A stretch of 64,000 nt of DNA, from the NCBI GenBank assembly GCA_951406725.2, contig OX597821.1:92318001-92382000 (forward strand). The letters run 5' to 3'. Positions 51,885 through 63,200 of the stretch are shown here, one piece after another. Every line of letters begins with the position of its first letter. The first letter of the stretch is position 1. Source of the stretch: Octopus vulgaris (lineage: Eukaryota). A program made the position numbers and the translations under genes. A model generated the notes under the pieces. The model searched no databases. It was not told the DNA's origin and was given only the letters and a program-made list of their open reading frames with translations.

Positions 51885-52940
51885 CGAAATAGCAGGGAAA
51901 GAAAAAGGTGTATGGTCAGTTTGCAAGAGATATGAATGCCTAGACAGTTACGGATGAATGGTGGTTACGGATGAATGGTGGTTATGGATGAATGCTAGTT
52001 ATGGATGAATGGTGGTTATGGATGAATGGTGGTTATGGATGAATGGTGGTTATGGATGAATGCTAGTTACGGATGAATGGTGGTTATGGATGAATGGTGG
52101 TTATGGATGAATGGTGGTTATGGATGAATGGTGGTTACGGATGAATGGTGGTTACGGATGAATGGTGGTTATGGATGAATGGTGGTTATGGATGAATGGT
52201 GGTTACGGATGAATGGTGGTTATGGATGAATGGTGGTTACGGATGAATGGTGGTTATGGATGAATGGTGGTTACGGATGAATGGTGGTTACGGATGAATG
52301 GTGGTTACAGATGAATGGTGGTTACGGATGAATGGTGGTTACGGATGAATGGTGGTTATGGATAGGGACAGAAGCACTTATATATGTGGCACAAGAACAA
52401 GCATTAAGGATGAACTATGTGAAGTGCTGAACTGACAACTCAACTAAGAGTGACAAATGCAGGATGTGTAATGAGAGGAGGGAAAGTGTATGGCACATTT
52501 TTAGCGAAAATGCCCGAAATTGGCACAACGTGATTACAAAAGATGATGTTACAATGTGGCAAGAATGATCCACTGGGAGAGCTCTGTGGAAGTCACAAAC
52601 TACAAAGAGCTAAGACTTGGTATGACCAAATCCCACAAGTAGTCACTGAGAGAATGAAGACCACAAAATCCGGTGGGGTGTTTTGATTCAGTGTGACCAT
52701 CAAATCAGACTTTGGAAAACTGACGATGTTGTGGTAAAAAAAAAAACAAAAAAAAAACTTGCATGATAAACAACATAACATGTTCCAGTGACAACAGGGT
52801 AAAAAAGAAAGAAGGAGAAAACTGAACAACTATGATGATTTGAAGTGGGAAACACACAAGTTGTGGGCAATAAGGAGGAGGATACCATTAGTGATTGGTG
52901 TACTTGGAAGTATCAGCAATCAACTACCAGCATGGCTGGT
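51885..52940 (+). mobile_element. Second decayed R4/Dong-like retrotransposon fragment, containing a minisatellite
   Basis: VYGQFARD...TEALIYVAQEQALRMNY...DKCRMCNERRESVWHI...KLAQRDYKR...VARMIHW...IPLVIGVLGSI in broken frames. Confidence 0.78.
51947..52363 (+). repeat. 17-bp minisatellite GGATGAATGGTGGTTAY, 24 full units
   Basis: Units start at 51952 and every 17 bp up to 52343. Units 3 and 7 carry a GCTAGTT variant. Confidence 0.97.
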
Positions 52941-53017
52941 ATTTGTATCAATGTATTTGGCTAGCATGGCCACAGTGACAGAAACAAGTCTATCTATCTA
53001 TCTATTTATCAACAACC

Positions 53018-53042
53018 TATATATATAATATATATCTATATA

Positions 53043-53123
<81 letters not shown>

Positions 53124-53186
53124 CATACATCATACCTACATATATATATATGTACATACGTATATATATATATATGTATATATGTA

Positions 53187-53285
<99 letters not shown>

Positions 53286-53322
53286 CTGTCTGTCTGTCTG
53301 TGTCTGCGTGTATCTGTGTGTC

Positions 53323-53371
<49 letters not shown>

Positions 53372-53470
53372 TATAAATTGAATATATATATATATGCACA
53401 CACATACATGCATACACATGTACACAATCGCCTATACACACACATAGATATACACAATACACACACATTC
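53018..53470. repeat. Long (TA)n/(TG)n compound microsatellite
   Basis: Read directly from the sequence. Similar tracts lie at 15715-15930, 18125-18625, 20260-20500, 33650-34000, 37779-37870 and 38780-39020. Confidence 0.97.
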
Positions 53471-54847
53471 ATATTTGTGCAAATACACAATCATGTTGTC
53501 TTGCTTTATTATGTCATCACTACATCATTGCTCAGAAGGAATTCATTTCGACTTTTCCTTTGTCTTTTTCTTATTTTAATTTTCTGTTTCCAGTTCTTCA
53601 TTTTGCTTTCTCTTGTTTATATTCTAGCAATCTACGGCTTTGATGATACCATGTAGCATTATTTCGCCATATTACCCTTTCAAATAATTTGCTTTCTTGA
53701 TTTTGAAGAATTTATATATCTTCCCTAATGTAATTATTTGTTAATTATTTTCTTTGAATTATATTTATATATTTTTATCAACTGATTTTATTAATCTAAT
53801 ATGAATATTTTTCTCTTGATCCCAATTTTTCTTTCTCTTGTCTCTCTTTTCATTCTATCATGCTTAAAAATGTAAATGTAATATAATTATAAGCCATGCC
53901 TTGTTGTTTGATATATTGAGCCACAATCTAGCTGATCTATGACTAAAGACATTTGAGCTATCAATATCCTATACGCTTTCTCCCAACATAGTATATCCAG
54001 GATTAAGCTATTCAATATGTCCTTTTTAGTAAAACCACAGAATGTGATTTAAGGGTGATTTGGCTGATATTTCCAATAAGTTGAGTGAAGATATTGAAAC
54101 GCTGTCATTGACTTAAGGTTTGTTCTGTATTAACCTATTTGTTACCAGACCACCTGAGACTACCCTTCGTTGCATGATAAACCAAAACCTTCATTAAAAC
54201 TCTATGTTAATTTATGTCTCAAACACTGACATAACGACAAAGTCATTTCATTAAATACTTCCATGCATTCAGAATTATTTTAAACAAAGACAATGCATTT
54301 CAATAGAGATATGGTGACAAAGTATTAAAGGATATGGATTAAAAAACTGATAAAAGCTTAGAGCGAATGGTTCTTTCAAATCTAATGAATCATATCTTAC
54401 TAGGGCTAAAAAGGTCATAGATTTGTAAGAGAGGGTATTTAATCACTTAAATCAATTTAAGTATGAATCAAATATTTTAATTTGTCGAAAGCTTTCAAAG
54501 GGTTCTGGAAAGCAATAAATAAAGTATTAGACACATAGAAAAATTCCACACCTTAAGGAAACATTATATTCTGGAAAACCTAGCCATCACATGGAATTCC
54601 ATAATAGGAAACCTATTTCCCATTGACTTCTCCTGTTCCATGGAAGTCAATACAAAATATATTTTGTAACATGGAGTTCCATGTTTTAATGCAATTTTCA
54701 GGAATGCAACACTTACTTAACACTGGTTATACTTGTAGTTATAAATTTATAATTTCACTTCTCCAAAATACTTTCTACAATTCAAATTCTGCTATATTTG
54801 ACTAAGTCTTTTAAATTTTCCCAAAATTTAGTAAAATTTAAATACAT

Positions 54848-55260
54848 AGGCACAGGAGTGGCTGTGTGTGGTAAGTAGCTTGCTAACCAACCACATGGTT
54901 CCGGGTTCAGTCCCACTGTGTGGCATCTTGGGTAAGTGTCTTCTGCTATAACCCCGGGCCGACCAATGCCTTGTGAGTGGATTTGGTAGACGGAAACTGA
55001 AAGAAGCCTGTCATATATATGTATATATATATATGTATGTGTTTGTGTGTCTGTGTTTGTCTCCCTAGCATTGCTTGACAACCGATGCTGGTGTGTTTAC
55101 ATCCCTGTCACTCAGCGGTTCGGCAAAAGAGACTGATAGAATAAGTACTGGGCTTATAAAGAATAAGTCCCGGGGTCGATTTGCTCGACTAAAGGCAGTG
55201 CTCCAGCATGGCCGCAGTCAAATGTCTGAAACAAGTAAAAGAGAGAGAGAGAGAGAGAGA
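54848..55260 (+). mobile_element. Family A SINE
   Basis: Consensus match. Confidence 0.9.
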
Positions 55261-55617
55261 GTATATAGTACTTTACTGTATTAAATTTTATTTTTGCCAC
55301 ACTGCCAATCCTAAATTTCTAAGTAGGCCATTCAAATTTTGTTGGTTTAATAAAAGTGGGGAAACTAGTTTTACAAAGAACATATAAATTGTCTTATTCA
55401 GTATTAGTCACTCCAAGATTGTTGAAAGGAATATCCTTCATTATAGAGCAGTTGTTGCTGATGGAATGAGCAGTGCGATGTAAGCACAAGCTGAAGGCTG
55501 AATATTTGGCTTTAGGTGTATTTGCTTTGAAAAACCCACACTTATTAAACAGAAATACTTGAGTTTGTAATGATTCTTAGGCTTATATCAAATCATGGGA
55601 AAAGTAAACAGCAGAGT

Positions 55618-55997
55618 TGCTGTGTGGTAAGTAGCTTGCTAACCAACCACATGGTTCCGGGTTCAGTCCCACTGCGTGGCATCTTGGGTAAGTGTCTTCT
55701 GCTATAGCCCCGGGCTGACCAATGCCTTGTGAGTGGATTTGGTAGACGGAAACACACACACATATATATATGTGTGTGTGTATATGTTTGTGTATCTGTG
55801 TTTGTCCCCCTAGCATTGCTCGACAACCGATGCTGGTGTGTTTACGTCCCCGTCACTTAGCGGTTCGGCAAAAGAGACCGATACAATAAGTACTGGGCTT
55901 ACAAAGAATAAGTCTCGGGGTCGATTTTCTCGACTAAAGGCGGTGCTCCAGCATGGCCGCAGTCAAATGACTGAAACAAGTAAAAGAAAAAAAAGAA
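55618..55997 (+). mobile_element. Family A SINE
   Basis: Consensus match with an internal deletion. Confidence 0.88.
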
Positions 55998-56794
55998 AGC
56001 AGAGTTTCTTTTTTCCATTTTGTCTCCATCTTATCAAGTTGTCTCCTGTCTACAACAGATACACAACGCCTAAAAACACTTTCTTGTTTCTAAAATACCT
56101 TAAGCCTATCTTCTAAGTAGGTGCTAATTTATTATACATACTCTTCCTTCCTTCTAATATATTTCTGCATGTATTGTACTGTTTTCTCTTTTTTGATTCA
56201 CATAGACAGTAAACTACTTCAGCATAAAGTGCATTGCAACACAAGCCAATAGTCTGTTATGTATAACATCTCATGTTTCTTCAACGAATATAATTTCTTT
56301 AATTGTAACAATATCACAGACAATCTTAACATCTTACAAACTAATAATTTTGACTCTAAACTTAGTTTCATCTTTTGCCATAATTAATTTGATTATTTAA
56401 ACCTAGATTCAAGTTTTGTCACTTAAGTATTGTATCCATTTAGTGGCTCACTCTCTACTTTCTGAGAAACAAATTGTTATTAAATCATATATCTTTTTAT
56501 TTTCCTCACAAAAGTTGTCCAACTATCTTTCAATTATTTATTTATTTATTTAGCTATATTGCATTAACATGACCAAAATTATTCATTATTACCACATACA
56601 CCTATTTTTGAAAATTTCTAACTCAGTTCACAATACTTTGCCCTATAGATGTCCCTTTTTAAAAAAATTTCCCTGACTGTTTTTCCTTTGGGCTCCTATA
56701 ATTTCCTATTTAACTTTTAATCATTTGTATTTATCTTTCTGCTTCATTCACTTCTTCTCTTTCAATTGACATCTTATGATGTATAGTATCTCTC

Positions 56795-57612
56795 TCAAAG
56801 GAAAGGTAAACTGTATGATGCCTGTGAGCAAACAGCTATGCTACATGACAGTGAAACATCAGCTGTGACCATCGAGGACATGCATAAGCTTGTAAGAAAT
56901 GAAGCTAGTATGCTTCAATGGATGTACAATGTTAGTGTGCTTGAATGATAGAGTGTAAGCATCTTGAGAGAAAAGCTGGGCATAAGAGACATCAGATTTG
57001 GTGTGCAAGAGAAATGACTGCACTGGTATTGTCATGTGATGGATATGGAAAAAGGCAACAGTGTGAAGAAGTACTACACTCTTGTGGTGGACAGAACCTG
57101 TGGAAGAGGTAGACCCAGGAAGACATGGGACAAAGTGGTGAAGCATGATCTTTGAATGTTGTGCTTCACAGAGGCAATAACAGGTGACCAAGACCTTTGG
57201 TGATATGCTGTGCTTGAGAATAAACATCAAGCGAAGTGAGATCATCATTGTGGCTGGTGCCAGTCTCATGTAACCGGCAAGTAAAAATCACCCCTCAAAC
57301 ATTGAGCAATATTCTGTGCTTGAGAAGAGCCATCAAGCCAAGTGAAATCGTAGTCATGGCATGTGCCAGTGCCACTTGACTGGCACCCATGCCAGTGGCA
57401 TGTAAAAAGCACCGTTTGTGTGCATCATTGATGCCAGTCTCGTATCAATGGCACCCATGTCGGTGGCATGTAAAAATCACCCACTACACTCCAGCTACAG
57501 AAACCATGCCAAACCAGATTGGAACCTAGTGTAACTCCCTGGCTTACAAGCTTTCAGTCAAACTGTCCAACCCATGCCGGCATGGAAAACAGACGTTAAA
57601 TAATGATAGTGT

Positions 57613-57645
<33 letters not shown>

Positions 57646-57727
57646 CGATGATGATGACGATGATGACGATGATGATGATGATGAGGATGATGAGGATGAT
57701 GACGACGACGACGACGATAATGATGAC
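56795..57727 (+). mobile_element. RTE-clade LINE 3' portion with 3' UTR and expanded (GAT)n tail
   Basis: KGKLYDAC..AMLHDSET...LREKLGI...LHWYCHV...GRGRPRKTWDKVVKHDL with stops. UTR with gcaYgtaaaaaNcacc modules, ending gtccaacccatgccggcatggaaaacagacgttaaa-(GAT)n. Confidence 0.85.
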
Positions 57728-58599
57728 GCACATTTTATCAAGCTGACACAACTTTACATTAACTAGTTATATTTTAAGATATACCTGTTTTGTTTTAATC
57801 TATTTGCAAACATAACCAAACTACCTTTCCCTTTCTAAGAGATGCGAGTGCTAAAATGTTATTAAATACGTTGACCACCAGTCCATTTCATATGTTTAAG
57901 ATACCAAGCAAAAAGTTACTCTAGAAATTTCTTTTCAGTTAGATTGATACATCCTTCTACATGTCTCATTTATATCTTACCTGCTTCTCAATTTCACTTT
58001 GCAGAAGAAGCAGGTAAAAAGTAATAAGTTTCCTACAAAATAATTATTTTTATACTAACTTCTATGAGTTTCAGGGTTTTTTACATTTCCATCAGCAGAA
58101 TGAACATAGCACTCGGTACTATTACATTTATGTGTTCCATTGTTACCTTTTTTCTTTTATGGTGTGGCCGTGTAGTAAGAAACTTGCTTCCCAGTCACAT
58201 GATTCTGGATTCAGTTCCACTGTATAACACCTTGGGGAAGTGTCTTCTACTATAGCCTTAAGCAGACCAAAGCCTTGTGAGTGGATTTGGTCGACAGAAA
58301 CGATTGTACTGCATTAACTCTGGATATCCTTGTTGCTTATTTTGATTATATACAATCGTTTCATGCAACTCCATTTAATTGAACAATGCAATCTTTACAT
58401 CAATTTAAATGCAGAGGAATCCTCAGCTGCACAAAGACATAGAATTTGATTATATTAAAACAGATGAACACATTAATATAATTATACCTAAAATCTCCAA
58501 GAAGTTAAGGAGATAGACAAAGAACATGCTGCCTTCACTCCAGTATAGAAGCTATTAAGACTCTGCCTGTCACAGATTTTTTGCTTTATATATATATAT

Positions 58600-58649
<50 letters not shown>

Positions 58650-58663
58650 CATACACACACATA

Positions 58664-59907
58664 GAGAGGTTGGAAAAAATAATGGAAACACCTTAAAATT
58701 TCAAACAAATTTATTTCAATTTGTCAGTAATTACAGCTTGAATTCTATGAGGTATGGACTCGTACAAAGTTTGTATTTTTTCCAAAGGAACTTTTGTCCA
58801 TTCTTCAGTTAAAACAGTCTCCATTTCTTGTAGTGATGATGGTGGAGGATATCGATTCCTTACTTGTTTTTCTAAAATGCACCATAAATGTTCAATAATA
58901 TTGAGATCTGTGGACTGTGGTGACCAGATAAGATGTTCAACTTCACTAGAATGTTCCTCATGCCATTCAGTAACAACTTTAGCTGTGTGAATTGGTGCAT
59001 TATCATCCTGAAAGATTGTGTTTCCCTCTGGAAACAGTTCTACAACCATAGGATGATTTTGATCTGATAAAATGTTTGAATAGTCTTGACTATTAATTTT
59101 GCCATGAAAGGAAGCTATTGGGCTGGCGGATTTCCAAGATATAGCTCCCCACCCCAGATCATCACAGATCTTCTTCCATGTTTAACAGTTGGAAGAAGGC
59201 AATCTGGGTCAAATGCTTCTTTTGGCTGTCTCCACATGTATACTCGGTCGGTGGTTGGAGATAGGGTAAAAGATGACTCGTCCATGAAAATAACATTCTT
59301 CCACTGCTCTAGGGACCAATTCTTTAGGTTTTTACTCCACCCTAAACGCTTTGCAACACTTGTGTTTGAAAGTAGCTGTTTTCTGATTGCAGCCCTCCCA
59401 TGAATTATAGCTTTGTGCAGCTCCTGGTGAACAGTTTTTGTGAAAACTGAGTTCCCAAGGTAATCATTAAGCTCTACAATAATTTTGGGAGCTGTACTTT
59501 TGTGATCCTTTCTAACAATTTGCGTAAGTGTCCGACACTCCCTATCTGAACGTTTTGATTTTCTTCCGGTGTTTTGTTTCAATGAGGAGGTTTTTCCCTC
59601 TTTCTCAAGGACTTTCATTACTTTTGAGATAGTACTTCTAGATAAACCAAACAGTTTGGATATTTTCCTTATGCTAGCACCAACAATTTGACCTGTTAAA
59701 AGTCCGATAGATCTGTCATTTTAATGAATTTTAATTACCTTTTCCTTATGATATCTGAAAAGAAACAGCAATTTTAGCAAAACATATTAAGCAACACTAG
59801 TAATAAATCAAAAACGTAAAAATAAACAAGCTTTTGACGGTTTTTTAGATATTTCAAAATTATGATACTATGATGCTAGGTATTTCCATTATTTTGTCCA
59901 ACCCCTG
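58664..59907 (-). mobile_element. Full-length (1244 bp) inactive Tc1/mariner transposon, DD36E (Incomer-type) transposase pseudogene
   Basis: Imperfect ~28-bp TIRs (gagaggttggaaaaaataatggaaacacc versus the reverse complement caggggttggacaaaataatggaaatacc), each flanked by TA. Frameshifted transposase from ATG 59719 with motifs WKNVIFMDES, PTVKHG..SVMIWG, FQDDNAPIH and WSPQSTDLNIIEHLW; 36 residues lie between the second D and the E. Confidence 0.92.
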
Positions 59908-60272
59908 TATATATATATATTAATTGAAGTATACAGTATTTTTATATCCATTAAAACCGATCTTACCAATCGGGTTCACAACAGAGTGTTAAGTAACAGT
60001 CCAATTATGTAAACCTGCACTCATCAGAGGTGTATTATGGAATTAATACACACACACACAACATGCAATACATACATATTTATTAATTTTTCTAACTCTA
60101 TCCTCAGAATTTTCCAGTACCCGAGAGGACAAGTTGAAGACACCAAAGTTGTATAAAGAACAGAAGCATCAAGGCCAGCATTAGCTGCAGTATAAACAGC
60201 ATCAATATCAAGTAAAAAAGATGTATTTTACGCAAGATGTTGTCTTGAAGCACAAAGAAAACACTTGGTCAA

Positions 60273-63200
60273 ATGGACAGGCATAAGTCTTATTCTTGGT
60301 TAAACCCTGAGAAGGATTTCATATCTCAACTGGCATCAAGACTGAAATTTTTGCAGTTCAAACAATGGAACAGGTGGAATTTAAGGCATACTTCAAAGTC
60401 AAATTCCTTGTTATTGCAAAGATGGAAAACTTTATGTAAACCAAGTGTTCCTGTGAAAAACACAAAGGAAACTGTTAAAGAAAAAGCTGCCAGACATGGA
60501 TTTGAACCTAATATTGCTTTCCAAGGAGAGAAAAAGCATAAGTGTAATATCCCAGTGATTCAGATGAGGATTACTATAAAGAATGATGGTGATAAACCAA
60601 ATAATACTTTTAATCTGAAGGCTGAAATATCATCAAAATTTGCCGTGGAATTGGAAAATATACTCACAAGTATGACTGCACTTAAATCAGATGAAATGCT
60701 TTACAAAGAGAATGTATCAAAGTTAGGAACCAGAACCTGCATACATGAAAATTTTCAGACTGAGAAGTCATTACATTTTAAGAAAACATTAAATGCATAC
60801 CAGGATGCTAGAAGTAGATCCTCTTCTAAATTAGAAGAATCACCTGGCATTATGATCACATCTTTTAATAAAGATCCTTTAAGAAAAGAATCAACATTTA
60901 TAAACAACAGTAGAATGGATATCAGAAAGATTGAAGAATGTCAGCCAGAGCCTTACCATAGAAATATGCTTGAAAGTAATAATACAGAAGGTACTAAAGC
61001 TGAATATGATGGAAAAATACTAATTGATGGTAAAACTTCAATTGGTGGCAAAATTCTAGTTCGTGGTATAACATTAATTAAAGATAAAATTATGGATGAA
61101 GGGGAAACTATGTCTGACGAGAAAACTGAATTTGTAGGTAAACCAAATCCAGAAAGAAGAAAAATAAAAGGAGGTGGAATTCCATGCAAAGGTAAACTAA
61201 GAACTACTTTAGGATGCAAAAGTGAAGTGGACAATAGGAGTAAATTTGGTTGCGGTACTGAATTTAGAGATGAAACTGTAGCTGCATCTACTTCTACACC
61301 CAGAAATAAAAGAACATCTAATATAAAACCCAGTGCTAAATCTGTACTTGAAGATGTAATTGTATTTGGAAGTAAGGTTAAATCTAGTGCTGTCAGTTCA
61401 ACCACATCTCTTGATAAGACTAAGAATTGTGCAAAATCCTTAGTAGGTAGCAAAACCATACCCAGCAGTAAAAAAATAGTGAAAGGTAAAACCACAGCAA
61501 CTGGTAGTACAACTGCATTTCCCAGGAAGTCTGTGCTGGAACGTACAGCTGTATTTGGTATTAAAACACAATTTGGAAGTACTAGTGATCCAGGAGAAAA
61601 ATCAACAGGCAGAAATGAAAGTGTGTTTGCTAACACACCAGAAGGAAAGGAAAATAGAATAAAGATTAAAGGAAAAAATGTAACTGGAAGTAATGCTATT
61701 AAATGCAAATCTACAGATAAACAGAAAGCTTCAGCTGCAGTTTACACTCCAGCAGACAGTTTTAAAACTGTTATAAGAAGTACACCTATAAGAAAAATAT
61801 CTTTTGTACATCAAGATTCATCTAAAGATAGATATATATCTAGAGATAAATCTGCATATACCAATAAATCTATATCTAGAGATAAATCTACATCTGGAGG
61901 CAAATTTACATCTGGAGGTAAATTTACATCTGGAGCCAAATCTACAACTGGAGGTAAATTTATATCTGGAGAAAAATCTGCATCAAATAATAAAACTGGA
62001 TTGGGAGGCTCATTTGTACCTAAAAGTAAAATTGTATCTAAAAGTAAAACTACAGCAAGTTCTAATGACACAGCCAGAGCTAAGTCAACAGCAGGTAATT
62101 CTACATGTAGTAATAAAAAATATTCAATTGGTTATAGTATCCCAACTTCTGGTAAAACTAATCCAAAGAGAAATTCTGCTAAACCAGTCATTCAAACGAA
62201 ACTGAGAAACACAGTAAGAAAAGGAAATACTTTTCAAAGAAATGAAAATTCAACACAAAATTTTAGTGCTGAGTTTATCACTGTCATCAACTCTTCAGGT
62301 CTGCAAATCAGTGATGTCCATGATATTGTAAGAATGGAAAATACTTTTGACAGAAATGATAAACCTTTGAATAATACTGCAATAGAAAATATTCATCCTA
62401 TAAACCTTTCAGAAACTTTGGAAGGCAAAGGTGTCTGCAAAAATGTCAGGGGTGATGATATTCTTCAAAGAAATGATAAAACTTTGAAGAATGTTAATAC
62501 TTCATACGTCACTCTTGCCAAGTCAACCGATGCTTTGGAAGCCACTGGTATCAATGACCTAAGAGGGGAAAATACTCTTCCCTTACCATTGAAAGTTAAT
62601 AACAAACAAGATACTCCTACTGATACATTAGAAGCTATAGAAGTGTGTAATGTTGATGAAGTAATGGACAGATTAAAACCGAAAGATAAATATGACTGTA
62701 AACTTTGGCTTGTACATATGAAACCGGTTCCTGATGAGGATCAATACAGCCACAGATATTTACTAATTCCACTGATACCATGTCCACCAGACAACAAATC
62801 AATATCACAACAGACTGCTAACCTGAAATCCACAAACAATTTCACATCAATGAAGTCAACAAAGAGAACTCGAAATTCTTCTGTTAGATCAAAAGTTAGC
62901 CTCAAAAGTAAGAAGAAAGTGAATTTTACATCTCCAACCAGAGCAGAAATTGTACCTCAGCTGATACAAAAAGACAGGAGTAAATTAAAATATGCAACCC
63001 AAAAAATGACAGGGGGTAAAACTACAGATACAGTGGAACAAATGCAAGCAGATGAGAGAAGGAATTCTCAAAAACAAATCAGTACGAAAAAGTCTCAAAG
63101 TTCAGTTAAGGAAGACTATGTAAATAACTTGAAATCTAAGCAACAGACATCTCAAGTACTGAGAAATTTTAAAAAACAAACAAATGACATCAAATCAGAA

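Noticed and set aside
51947-52363. Possible CRISPR array or telomeric repeat
   Set aside because: There are no unique spacers, the unit is not TTAGGG, and the context is eukaryotic TE sequence.
15585-53656. Dozens of [12 protein letters not shown] ORFs
   Set aside because: Dinucleotide repeats lack stop codons; these are not genes.
60953-62205. Track ORFs 60953-61708 (-), 61804-62205 (+) and 61811-62071 (-)
   Set aside because: Shadow frames of the long + strand ORF, kept open by its codon bias and 18-bp repeat.
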